Below the pieces are notes generated by a model. It searched no databases. It had not been told where the DNA came from and saw nothing but the letters and a program-made list of their open reading frames with translations. A stretch of DNA of 63,016 nucleotides, filler included, from Hyphochytrium catenoides (taxonomy: Eukaryota; Protista; Hyphochytriomycota): the NCBI GenBank assembly GCA_900088475.1. It is 3 parts of 3 records of this genome, joined end to end, with 100 filler letters (N's around TTAATTAATTAA, not from the genome) between each part and the next. Parts side by side here need not be neighbours in the genome. Positions count along the whole stretch, not along the records: positions 31,432 to 63,016 come from FLMG01002385.1; 2 more parts are not named here. One strand, 5' to 3'. A program made the translations under genes and the position numbers. Below, one piece after another: positions 34,401 through 47,009 of this stretch; position 1 is the stretch's first letter, and each line of letters begins with the position of its first letter.

Positions 34401-34622
34401 TAGAATAGGTGAGACGCATTGCAATCGAGACCGGGGAGCACACGCTGACAGGTGAGAGATCTGTAGCCTCACCATGCAGCTCAGAGGACCATCCTCCTCC
34501 TTCACTTGGCCCTCAATGGCTCTAAGAGCCTCCGCTGTGCTGCGGCAGAAGGTGTCTTCCCATGCTCTGCCCGGTGAGAAGAAAGGGATGCTACAGAGCT
34601 TCAGCAAGACGCTGAACTCCAT
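31432..34622 (-). CDS. Multi-exon TPR-like helical repeat protein, 3' end cut by the scaffold end; the 5' end may extend upstream
   Basis: Short exons between CT-rich introns encode AELFLRRALTLEVL (about 34140), DLYIRRALCYEQ|MGRCRFAEQDLSRAYTL (32700-32230), EVGHYLLRHK|HYVNAVHLF..GCRSFP, which are TPR-like. A similar SLFLRRAHFFLK at about 35340 may be an upstream exon. Confidence 0.65.
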
Positions 34623-36322
34623 AGCAGTATATCTTTGGGATGGGTGAACTTGAAGTGGCAGGATGTGTATTTTTCTTTTGTTTTTGTTGTTGGCGGTCTA
34701 AGGCTTGCGCAGCAGCAACACACACGCACGCACTCGCTTGCCAGAACCTGACAGCAAGCGCTGTTGACACGCTACTTCCTACTGTTCTCGGAAAGATAGA
34801 GACTGAGCTTGTTAAGCGCGTCTGTCCGCGCCGCTTGGAAGGACTGGTTTTGAGAGTAGAAACGGAGCTGTCAGGGTAAAGTTTTCAAGCGGACCGAGCG
34901 GAGAGCACCCTTACAGTGTGCTCAAAGCAGGAGATGGGGAACGCTCCCTCCCTGACTAGTCTATAGGGTTCAGGCACCGGTTGTTTTGTTTCCTCTCTTT
35001 CCTCGTCTTACTCATACAAAGGACCAGGACACACCGTGAAAGAGCAGAGAGATAGATAAGCCAAATGTTACCCTGAGTGAGACCATGCGTTAATTGGTTG
35101 ATTGTGTTTACGATGAGCTACATCATTAGAGTCTTACGAGACAGAGGAGCGCCGGAAGACGACATAGAGAGAGGACGAAACCTAAGCTTGACGTTTATCT
35201 CTGCACTAAACGAGAGAGACCAACGTGGAAAGAAAGAGAGGAGACAGCAACTCATCATTGAGGCGAAAGAGAGGCCCCAAAAGAATTGAGTTTGGGGCTG
35301 GACCTTGAGGAAGAAATGAGCTCTACGAAGGAAGAGCGAAAGAAATTGCCTTGGGTTTAACCTGAAGCTGTGACTCGCTAGTGATATGGTCGTTGGGGCA
35401 TCGACCTCAGCAGTGGCATGGCAGGCTGCTTAAGCGAAAGACAAGGGATAGAGCACACTGGCTTGCCACACCTTTGGGCTGGAGCAGTCCGAACCGTTAC
35501 GCAAAGAGAGAGCAAAGGAAAGAGAGAAAAGAGCGAGAAAGACCGAGAAAGAGAGAGGAGAGCGTGAGAAAGACAAAGTAAGGGAAAGTGAGACAGAGAA
35601 TTGAAGAGAGAGAAGTCTTTCGGACAGGCCACGAGACAGAGTGGAATATCACAGAGAGCTAGGTACATAGGCCAAGCTGACAGAAGGAGAGAAGAAAGAT
35701 GAAGAATAGAGATATCAAGATAATAAGACGGAAGAGGGTTAACTGGCTTGCTAAGGTGAGACAGAGTATCAGAAGAGCGAGAAAGAGACAACCTTGAGGC
35801 GGGGGCGGTAAAACAGTATTTCTAGTACCACAGCGGCAGTGGGAAGACCGTAACTGAAAGTGTGCCGCTGACTGGTAATTGGAAATTGTTTGTAATCTGC
35901 TCTTCGACCTGATCCTTAGCCACCCTAGACCAAGCAGATGGCCCTTTTCGTGTAACTCACTGGCCTGTCCAAAAGACCTTGTCACTCTTCCCGCTTTCTA
36001 GGCTTGTTATTCTTGATTGAGACCTCAGACATATAGAATCTATATATATCGTTACTACAGTATTCAGGACAATCACGTGACCCTTCCGGAATCAGTACTG
36101 TTGTGTCCTTGTTCCTCTGTAAGTACTTTTATTTGCTTTATAGTTGGGGAAGCCTAATAATTGGAGTACACAGAGGACTGCACAGTACATTACAACTAGT
36201 AAAACAGTACTGTACTCTCCTTACTGTCATGTACAGTTCTGCACTGGGCGAAAATAACCTTGATACAGTGCTACTGTATGACTGTATTACGGAGGTGCAC
36301 CCCTCCGCCTGCCTGATTGATA

Positions 36323-36359
36323 TACAGTCCAGTACTGTACTGTACAGTACTGGACTGTA
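36323..36359. repeat. Perfect 18-bp inverted repeat with 1-nt spacer
   Basis: TACAGTCCAGTACTGTAC-T-GTACAGTACTGGACTGTA. Confidence 0.92.
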
Positions 36360-36429
36360 GGATACGCGGCCGTCTGGAATCTATCTGGGCATGTTCCAAA
36401 TCTATCTATATCCCATCACTTTCTTCAGG

Positions 36430-39000
36430 TCCGTCCTCGACTTGCCCGCTTTTTTGATGTTGTTGGCTCCTTTGATGTGCTGCATCATAATATCGTAGTC
36501 ATGCTCCTGCAATATCTCTACCGAGGAGGAGCGTGCTTCTTGTTGCCTCTTTGACGATCGTTGCTGCGAGTTCGGATACTGCGATGAACTGTGAGACTGG
36601 TGAGGTGTCGTTGAACCCAGGTAAATTGACCATGACTTCAGAGCGAGCATGATTAATCGCCAGACACTCACGCTCATAAGCTGCATAATAATGCTGCTTC
36701 TTTCTCCTCCTCCTCCACATTCTGCAACTTCCTTGATAGATAGGCAGGGGCGGCAGGAGCGGCGAGTTATGGTCCTATGGGCGCTGCTGCAGGAGGCCCC
36801 GTGATCAACCCTGAATATAATAATTGTGGGGTGCTATTGATCGCGTGATCAAAGACGAAGACAGAGGGTTCTTTGACAAAGACGGCAACTTCCTTGGCTT
36901 CTATACGGATTCCGGCTTTGTAGAGTTTGTTCGCAAACATCCTGAATTGGGGATTACCTACAAAGCCGGTGGCGATTATTTGGATGAGAACCCCATTATG
37001 GGTACAACCAACGCCCTCTTTGATCAAGCAGCTCAGGAAATGATCTTGGTATCTCGTGGGCTTCCACCCGTCACAAGCACCTTTTTGACTCAGACAGCGG
37101 ACAGCATTACGGGATGGGGCACAGGCATGTCAGGGGTACAAGCCTCATCATCATCCTCCCCTCCTGCCGCCCTTGCTAGATCTTGCAAGAGTACAGCTCC
37201 AATGGCAAACTCTGAAGCGTCGTCTGTCATGAGATAAAGGCCTATAATATTGGGGTCCGGGAGTTGGAGAATAATGCGAGGCTGCTGCTTTCTGGAGCCA
37301 GCAAAAGCCGCCTCTGCTTCAGGAGTCCACTAGCTCTTCACACTGGTGAGACTCGTAAGACACCACTTACGAGAAGCTCCTCACAAACTTCCGATAGTAA
37401 GAAGCAAGTCTTAAAAAAGCTTTGACTGCCGCAACTGTCTGAGGTGTAGGCTAGTCCCCTATAGCTTTGGTCTTACTCTCATCATCTACCTCAATGTCCT
37501 CTCCTGAAATCTTGCGCCCTAGAAACACTACCTCAGAAAGGAAGAATTTGCCCCTTTACGGATTGGCATACAGCTGGTGCTGTCTTAGCTTCACTAATAC
37601 CAGTTGTAGATGCTGCTCATGCTCCTCTTCTGTCTTAGAGTAGACCAGAATATCATCCAGGACGATAACCACGCATGAGTCAAGTAGATCTCTGAAAACC
37701 TCGTGCATACCACGACGAGAGGAGAGAACGTTGTTGCGATCCGAATGGTAGCGTACCGGGTAATAAAAGCCGTTTAAAAGCGATCACTCTGTCGTTGAGA
37801 GAGTCTCGGAATTAGCCAAGACTGCGCCACGGATTGAAACTGCAGACTGATTTCTGAAGCCGCAATAAGCTCCAGATACCGGCCAACAGATACCGATAAC
37901 GAATCTGCTAAGGGAACTAATCTGCGCTGGCAGCGCAACAGTCAGAGAAGCCTCCTTTCCTTGCAGTTTCAAAGCAGGAAGTCTATCTAGCGAGCAGTCT
38001 TCTTTCTAGCAGGAAGTAGGAGCGGGTTTTAGCGGGTATAGCGGTACAAAGATAGAGCTACTAAATAATCCTGGCTAATTTCCCACTGCCTGCTTGTTCC
38101 TCCTTCTTCCTACTGCTGCTACTCATCTCTCCCTCTCCCTCTTTCTCTCTCATCTCCTTGTCTCTTGCTGCTCTTGTCTCCATTCCTACATCTTCACGTA
38201 CACTAATTTACTGCTCAATACACCTCATCCCCTTGCTGTTCTTCATACCCGAAGATCTCTATTAACCATCACTGAGGCTGACCGAGCAAATCTGAGACTG
38301 AGGCCCGAGGTCACCCCATCCTCTAACCGCGCCAGGAAAACCTAATATCCTCTCCCGGATATTCAAACACTCCTTAGATTCCCTTGCTGACCTCCCTATT
38401 CCTTCCTTACTTTCTGCTGACAGCTCCCAGTCCCTGGCATGATCTGATCTTCCGATGATGCACTGTGAAGCTCCAGCCATCTCCGATTAGCTTGAGAGAA
38501 GCCCAGAATCTTCTCATCTGGGTCGGAAATCGACTAGTCAGAAGCTTCACAAGATCTCGCCGCTGCTTCAGCTCAGCTGCTTCTGTTGCATCAGGGAGGA
38601 CCAGCATGATGAGTGGATAGACCTGCGTGGCAGACTCACCACAGATGGAATGCGATGAGACAGCCACAGAGCCGTCAGATAAACTAGCTGATCTAGTCGA
38701 GGCANNNNNNNNNNNNNNNNNNNNNNNNNNNNNNNNNNNNNNNNNNNNNNNNNNNNNNNNNNNNNNNNNNNNNNNNNNNNNNNNNNNNNNNNNNNNNNNA
38801 GCGACGACTGCCTCCTGCCCGTAGTGAGGCATGAAATGTAAGAGGTATTTCTTGCATTCAACATGAAGGCGATCCTCACTAAACGCTGAGCCCTCTATCT
38901 GGCTTCACCTTACACGAAGCTCCGACCTGACCAAGGCCTATTCCACGCCACTGGACTGTCAGTAGACCATCCTGTCAGTCACCGCACCACACCCGTACCT
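36430..39000 (-). mobile_element. Degenerate Ty3/gypsy LTR retrotransposon (gag-like, RT, RNase H); no integrase or LTR pair seen
   Basis: RT 37760-37367: LPFG...MHEVFRDLLDSCVVIVLDDILVYSKTEEEHEQHLQLVL..LRQHQLYAN...EVVFLG...AFLRLASYYRKFVRSFS. Connection WTPEAEAAF at about 37330. RNase H TDDASEFAIGAVLLQD at 37228-37180 and AYLSRKL...YAAYERECLAI...LKSWSIYL...HIKGANN at 36745-36455. Gag-like KYLLHFMP...RLDQLV.DGSVA at 38880-38560 is less certain. Confidence 0.9.
36744..37176 (+). other. ~0.4-kb foreign insert splitting the gypsy RNase H, carrying an opposite-strand ORF fragment
   Basis: It separates AVLLQD from AYLSRKL, normally a few residues apart. It contains the stop-free WGAIDRVIKDEDRGFFDKDGNFLGFYTDSGFVEFVRKHPELG... 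The junctions form a 15/16 inverted repeat (36744-36759 and 37161-37176). Confidence 0.75.
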
Positions 39001-39979
39001 CTCGCGCCCATCTATTTCTGTTCCGCCGCGTCTTGCTATAACGGAACATGATTCAGTACTAGTGTACGTGTACTGGTTCTTTCCCGTCCTTCTCTCCTTC
39101 CCGCTACTACCTCTCTCTTTTTGCTGCTTGGCGACTTTCTCTTCTTCTCCTCATCAGTCCCGGTCTCTCTCATCTTGAAGACTAGAAATGCCGCTAACTT
39201 CAGGCAACTGCTGCCGTGATCTTCTGTCCCGTAGTTCCGCTAATGATAGACCCCGGAGCTTCCGGCCGCCACCACCAGCGATGGGAGGACGTCGTCGGGT
39301 CCTTTACAGCTCGTCATTGCCAGCGCATACATCCTTCTTATGACATGTTCTTGCCCCTTCTTTCTCGACCCCTTCCTTCTCCTCCCCAACATGGGATTAG
39401 CAGCAACGACTAGAGAAACGCAAGCACCATCATTCTCTCAATCGCAGCGTGGTGGGGTTGATGATGATGCAGAAGAAGGCCATGGACTCCGAGAAGAGAG
39501 TTGTCCTTAGGGAAATTGTGCGCTAAGAGGCCCAAAGACTGAACAAGAAAGATTGTAGCTAAGGCAGTGAACATCCCTATTCTCCTGAATGACCAATGCC
39601 CATCCCTTAGTACTCTTTGGCATAGCTAGGATGCGACACTGAGATAAGAAGGTTCATGGAGACTAGTGGGCTGTCAGACGGTGCCAAGAGAAAACAGAGA
39701 ACTCTAAGCGTTGTCCAGGTCGTACATGCTTTTCTTAGTGCGAGTTATTCTCCAGTCTTCGATGGAGACATGAAGAGTCTACATATTCTAGCTGTGGACA
39801 GATAACCTCCCTCTCCTTCCTGCGCTCACCTCCGTCGTTTGCCACGAAAGAACGTGGTCTTTGCAGAGATTTGTACATAGAAAAGAGAGGGAAAAATGAC
39901 ATGGGTTGAGAGTCAACCATCATCATGAACATACGCAAGAGAGAAAGAAAGTAAGAGAGAGAAGAGAGAGCATGGAGCT

Positions 39980-40723
39980 CTACCACCACTCGCCGAGCTT
40001 CTGCCCCGACCGCTTTTTTCTGATGTCCTTAGAAGGCGTTCCAGGGGCATTAGAGAGAGGAGGTTGAAGAGAAGATGAGGGAGAGAAAGGTCCTTCCTTG
40101 ATCCCTCCGGAAGATATGGTGGCAGTCGTCTTCAAGTCCTTTGTAGAAGAGAGGAACGTGCCCACTTCTTGGTCTTCATCCTTTCCTGTCTTTCTCTCTC
40201 CATCCTTGGTCTTACTCTCAGACGCCGGGATCTTGTTTCCGTAGCGGTAGTCTCTCCTTCTTGGCGTTGTTCTTTGTTCTGCTGTCTCATCCTCCTCAAT
40301 CTTTATGATGCCATTTCTTGCGAGGAAGAGTTGGCTTCGTCTCCGAAGACTCGTCGCAAAGTCCTTGACCACAGAGGCCCTTCGATCATCGACATCCTCT
40401 AACGTGGCCTCTTCCCTTTCCTTCCCCTCCTTAGAGTTGTTGAGATGAGGGTCGTTCGTATTGGCTTGGTCGCCTGAGTGTTAAGCGAAAGAGAGATCCC
40501 GGGACGTGAGCGTTGGCCACAAGCGTGATCAAACCATGAGAAGCCAAAGAAGAGAGAGAAGAAGCACAGCTATGGGCTACACATTGTTCAAAGAATGAAA
40601 GACAGAGGGCAATGTAACACACGTTGCTGTGGGAACCTACAGAAGCAACGGGAGAGAAAGAGAACGAGAGAGAGAGAGAGAGAGAGAGTGANNNNNNNNN
40701 NNNNNNNNNNNNNNNNNNNNNNN

Positions 40724-40760
<37 letters not shown>

Positions 40761-41613
40761 TGTATGAGGGGCAGCATGTACCCAGATCCTGCTTCCACTG
40801 TCCTCCAGTCCTTTCCTTTTCCAGTTCATCCGCCGCTGTGTGCGCTTTGACCTGCACCAATTTCTCGTCAGAGGTGAATGACAAAGAGAGAAACGAAAGA
40901 AATAGCTCGATCTCTCACCTCTGGACCAGGCGAATCTGCCACGGGAACAACTGTTGGACCTGCGGCTAGAACAAGAAGGAGCACGTGTTAGCATCGACAC
41001 AATCCTCTGACACAAAGGTAGAGAAAGGGAGAGAAAGGGCAGAGACAAATAGAAATAGAACACGGCGAGAGAGAGTGACAGCGAAGAGAAACAGAAAGAG
41101 AGATGGAGCGGCGACATCGGGGCACGACATCTTTGCTCACCGTTGTCAAAAGCTTGATCATCTGGCAAAGGTTCGACGTCAGTTGCTTTGCCTTTGATGG
41201 CAACTTTGCTCTTTCCTTCAGATGGAGAGACAGCACTGCCCTGGAACCAGGTGGCTTTTGAGAGAATAGGAGAGAGAGAGAGCACCGCTCCTCTTCTATA
41301 GAAGCGCAGGAGTGTCAAGATCAGGACCAGGTTGAGAATAATGCAGCAGATAGTGAAGCCAAGCCATGCATTCTGAGCAAAGAGACTCGCAGACAAGCCA
41401 AAAGCCAGGGAGCACGCGGTGGCGGCGATCAAGATACTGAGGAAGCCTGTGATTGTCAGCTTCTCCAGCCATTTGAGGCGGAAGGAAGAGGGAGGTCGAG
41501 GAAGACTTGTTTGCCCGCCATAGTGAAGGAAGAACAGCTTCAGCAGAGGAGAGCGCAAGCCAATGTTCTCCATCTCACAGACATAATGGACCTGAGAAGA
41601 GAGGAGAGAGAGT

Positions 41614-41649
<36 letters not shown>

Positions 41650-42991
41650 GGCAGAAGTCCTTGCGTTCCTCTTCTTCCTCGTACCTGGTCGACTGGATGG
41701 ACCAAGAGGAGTCTGCAGTAGTTGATGGCGAGACTCTTCTTCTCTCCCTTCTGCCATTCTTCTTTGCCATCCTTCGACAGCCTCGTCTTCTGCTCTTCCA
41801 CCTGCTCTTGAAGACGTGCAACCTCTTCCTCAGCAAGGCGCACGTACTCTGGAAGAGGGCCGTCCTGATCATAGCCGTCTAACCTTGCTTTCTGTCTGGC
41901 AATCTACAAAGAAAGTGGAAAGAGGGGAAGATGAAGAGAGAGGAAGAGGAAGGGAGAGAGAGAAGAAGAGAGAGACATTGACAGAGAGAAACATGGTCAG
42001 TTGACTAGAGTAGAGAGAAGAATTTAAAGTCTAAACTGGGGGTTAGGAGAGAGAGCAGAAGACAGAGAGAGAGCTGGAGAGAAAGAGCCGTGCGTTTTGG
42101 CTTTCTCTCTTCTTCCCAGAAGAGAGCGATCTTTTCTCTCTTGTCTCGCACCTGAAGCCTGTACTCCGCCCGTCGAAGCTTCTCGTGGAGGTAGATTAGT
42201 CCGCGGATAGAGCCATCCAGTCTACCAGCCATAGAGAAGAGAGGAAAAGAGAAAGAGTCGAGAGAAACAGGGGAGGAAACGTAGATCGTGGTTAGTAGGA
42301 AGGTCATCCTGGTGAGACAGAGAGAGGCAGAGAGAGAAAGCAAGAAAGAGAGAGGGAGAGTGAGAGAGCGAGCGAGCGAGCGAGAGAGAGAGAGACAGAG
42401 AGAGACAGAGAGAGACAGAGAGAGAGAGAAGACACTGCTCACCCCTCAGGTACTATAACTTCTCCTGGCTCATCCAACATCGCAAGGTCTTGATATCTGT
42501 GAAGGGGAGAGAGGTGGCCAGACGTCAGCTGAGCTCATGGTCGAATTACGGAAAAGAACGCCTAAGACCGCACGGCTCTGAGAGAAGGAGAGGACTTTCC
42601 ATTTCATCCTCTTCTGTTCTCACCCTGTAGCTTGCTAGCGCTGTCACGTTGTGCCTCACTCTCTCTCTCTCTCTCCCTCTCTGTCTTTCTCTTTCTCTCC
42701 CTCTTTCTCTCTTTTTGACTCTCGGTCTCTCCCTCTTTCTGCAGGCTGTTTCTTCACCGTTTGCCGGCACTTTTCTCTTCGTCTCACCTCTTCCTCGTGA
42801 CTTTAGCCTTGCCTGCGAGTCTAAAGCCAAGAGAGATGAGGAGAGACGCAACAAGAGAGAAGAAGAGAGAGAGCACCACGACGAGGATGAGCAGAGAGAC
42901 GCCGTCCCCAACAGTCTTAAAGAACTTCCTCTCCTCAGCTCGCCCTGTAGCTATGGAAAGGAAGATTGTCCAGAGAGCGAATCATGTTAGG

Positions 42992-43039
<48 letters not shown>

Positions 43040-43745
43040 GAGAGAGACAGAGAGAAGAGAGAGAAGAAAGACAGAGGATTTCCAATGCTTTTCCATCATA
43101 TCAAAAGGTTAGAGTCTGTGTGAGAGCGAGAGAATGAGAAAGAGAGAGACACACGCGGAGAGGATGGGGCTATCTTTCGCGCTTCTTACCCAGAAAGACA
43201 ACGGATGTGACCAGCATGGGAATGGCCAAGAGGGTCACGAAGACGATGAGCCTGTGGAGCGGAGATGGATTCTGACAGAAAGAGAGTGAGACAGGACCAA
43301 GAAGAGAGAGACAGACACAGATATTGACCATGTCTTCAAGCCAGAGGAAGACAAAGAGAGGAGAGACATAGATATTCTGCTGAGTAGAAGAAGCAAAAAA
43401 AAAGAGAAAGAAAGAGAAAGAGAGAGAGGGGGAGAGAGAGAGAGAGAGCTACGTAAAGAAGATAGGAAAGAGAATACAGAGGCTGACGTACAATCTGAAT
43501 GTCGCTGAGAAGGATGTTGATGCTCTCTCTCAGATGAGACTCTTTCGTAGGCCTGGGGAGAAAGAAGAGTCATGCGCGCAAAAGGGAAAAAGGTGAGCTG
43601 AGTGGAAAATGCTGTAGGAGATGCCAGTAGAAGAAGTAGAAGAGAGAGAGAGAGAGAGAGAGACGCGAAGGGTGATTGTAAATGATAGAAGAGAGGTATC
43701 TCGGCCACACGATCCCTCTCAACCTCTCCATATGTTAGGGCTTCC

Positions 43746-43794
<49 letters not shown>

Positions 43795-45366
43795 CCTCTC
43801 TCTTCCTCTCAACCTCTTTCTCTCTATCTCCCTGTCTCTCAGTCTAAGTATACGTCTCCTTTCTCTCTCCTCCGAGCCTTACCATGCAAAGAGGCTACTC
43901 TGCAGTCGATTCACCATCAGTTTGAACCTCATCGTCGCGGCATCAATGGTAGCGTTCACTTTGTCCTTCGGTACGAAGGTCCCAGGAGAGAGAGAAGACA
44001 CAGCCGAGAGAGAGAAGAGATATTGCTCGCCTTCATTTCCAAAGCTTCCTCCCCATTCTTCATCCTCTGCCAGTCTCTTTCCTCTTCTGAGGCTTTCTGC
44101 TCGCTTGTTCATGACAGCAGGAATGCTCTGAACGTAGAGCGTGCTCCTTGTCTCGTCCATAGTGTCTCTCCTCTTCCAGCCAATGAAGATGACCAAGAGA
44201 GAGAGAAGAAGGATTCCCCATAGAAAAGCAAGGGCAAGGAAGACGTTGATGGGCTTGTCTTCTTTCCCCGACGGAGAGGTCACGCCTCCCAAGGCATTAG
44301 AGTTATCAGGACCAACAGCGGCAGGAAGCTTTGCCTTGGAAGGCTGTGCGACATAGGCTGATGGACGGAGAAGAGAGAAGAAGGTTATGGCACGCAAGAA
44401 AGACAGAGAGAGACTGGACAAAAGGCATGAGCGTAAGACAGATGTAGCAGAAGAGAGAAGAGAGAGAGAAAACGAGAGAGAGAGAGAGAGAGAGAAAGAC
44501 CAAGAAAGAGAGACAGAGAGGAGTAGTGTGAAGGGTAGAACAAGAGTAGTATGAAAGAGCGCGATAGGAGAAAGAGAGAAGGTGTGAGAGAGAGAGGGGG
44601 AGTGCGCGCGCGCGAGAGAGAGAAAGAGAGAGAGAGAGAGACTCTGACCTGGCTCAAAGCTATTATAGAGGCAAACACTCTTGGTGCTATCCAGTTCTTT
44701 GGGCTGATCCCCTGTTGTCTGCCATCCGCCGACAGTGACGTTCCAATAGCCGCACTCGACCGTCTCATAGATCAGCTCGCAGCTCAAGATACCGGCGTAG
44801 ACCTCTCCGGTACACTGTGAGAGACAAAAGAAGAGAGGGAGAGAGAGAAAGAAAGAGAGAGTATGCGATGAAACAAAAGAAGAGAGGGAGAGAGAGAAAG
44901 AGAGAGAATGCGATGAAAAAAGCGCAAGAGGAGGCGTCTACTATCAATAAGAGGAGCGGGGCAAGGAAGAGAAATACACTGAGAGAGGTGCAGAGAATTA
45001 CAGGGAGAAAATGATGAAAAGAGGGCAGGAGAGGGGGAAAGAGAGAGAGAGAAAGAGAAAGAGAGAGAGAGAGCGCGGGCGCGAGAGAGAGAGAGAGNNN
45101 TCTCTGGCTAGCTCAACTAGCTCAACTTGGCTCACCTCGTAGGTCATTACTTTGCCATCGGAGCAGGTGAAAGAGATCGTCTCTTCCAGATCTTCAAGGC
45201 AAACAAAAGAGAAAGACTGAGGCGGCGGTCGGCTGGCGGCGTAGTAGTTAATGTCAACCAGATCAGGCAGGTAGACGGCGATCGGAGACGAGAGGTTCGT
45301 AGGGACAACTTCTTCTCCCTTCTCATTTAGAAGCTTAACGCTGTAGACAGGACTGGACGTGTTGGG

Positions 45367-45414
<48 letters not shown>

Positions 45415-46968
45415 GTGAGAGAGTTGGAGACAGAGAGAGGGACACACAGCGAGGGAGTGAGAGACCGAGAGAGAAAGTTGTGCTTACTTATATCGAGGTC
45501 CCAAAAATTAGAAGAGAGGCAACAGCAAACAAAGAGGAGAACAGGAGAGATAACATAGCCTACAATAAGGGAAGCCCAGGTAGAGAGAGAGAAGAAAGAG
45601 AGAGGCAAGAGAGAGAGAGGCAAGAGAGAGAGGCGAGAGAAAGAGAGGCAAGAGAGAGAGAGACAGAGAGACAGAGAGAGAGACACGAGGGTAAAAGAAA
45701 TGCCTCACTGAGTTTCTTTCTTACTTGGTGCTCTCCCCGGTTGACAGTGCAAAAGGATTGGACGTATATCTTGCCAGCACCACCGTGATAGTGGAGCCCG
45801 GAGAGAGAGAGGAAGCAAGATCTGACGACAGACTTGCTGGGAGAATGACGCCGCCTTTCTCTTCAAATGTTCCGTCCCACCCTGGGAAAGGGAGAGTGCA
45901 TTTCTCTCCTGCCAGCGAAGAGACGGGACTGACCTGTGGGGAGACGTCAAGGTGAAGAGAGAGGAAAGAGAGACAAACTGTTAGCATGACAGAAAGGAAA
46001 GAAAAACAAGGCACAAATAGAACCTTTGTGTGGAGAGAGAGAGAGAGANNNNNNNNNNNNNNNNNNNNNNNNNNNNNNNNNNNNNNNNNNNNNNNNNNNN
46101 NNNNNNNNNNNNNNNNNNNNNNNNNNNTTGCTCTTTCTCTCTATTTGCAAACAAGGAGACAAGAAGCGTAAGGAAGGTACCGCGATGAATTGCCAAGAAG
46201 GAGAGAAACCGCTGACGAAGAAAGAAAGAGAAAGAGAGAGAGAGGGAAAAAAGAGAGAAAAAAGAGAGACAGAGAGAGAGAAACTGACAGAAAGAGGCCA
46301 GCTGACGATAGGTAAGGACGATTAAGAAAGACTGGAAGGAGAGACCTAATAGTGCGATCAGGCAAAAGAAGAGGAAGAGAGAGAGAAACTCTCCGGAAGA
46401 AAGAAAGTTGCAAGAGAGAGAGAGCTCACCCTGCTTGTGCGCCTGCAGCGACGGCGCTAGCTATCAGAGTTGTCACTGTTTCGATCTTGGCCAAGGTGGC
46501 GTTGGATGTAGGAGATGAAAGAGAAGAAGAGCTCTGGAAGCCTTGAAGAAGGTTGCTGACAGCTCCTAAGAGCTTCTGTCCAGTGGATGCAGAAATGGTA
46601 GGCTTTATATCTAGAAAGAGGAAGAGAGAGAGAGAGAGAGAGGAACGACGAGGGGAGAGAGGCAGACAGAGGAGAGAGAGAGAGAGAGAGAAACGAGAGA
46701 GTAAGCTAAGAATAAAGAAAGAGAGAAGGAAAGGGAGAGAAAGGGAGCCACACAGAGCAATCCTGAGGTAGGGACAGAGGGAAGAGAGAGCCAAGAGGGC
46801 TAGAGAAAGATCTGCATCCGCTCACCAGAGCCCGAAGCTGGAGTCTGAAGCACTGACTCCATAGAGTTAAGGACCTTGACCTGAAATTAGAGACAGAGAG
46901 AGACAAAGAAAGAGAGACACAGAGAGAGAGAGAAAGAGAAATGTGGAGTTGTAAGTGAAAGGAGAAAG

Positions 46969-47009
<41 letters not shown>

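Noticed and set aside
38840-38880. DRLHVECKKY as a PD-(D/E)xK nuclease motif
   Set aside because: Position and strand upstream of gypsy pol, and the following FMP...RLDQL..GSV, fit gag better.
36050-39080. GTAC-rich patches on both sides of the gypsy remnant as an LTR pair
   Set aside because: Only a short TCAGTACT word is shared; no extended direct repeat, TG..CA ends or target duplication were seen.
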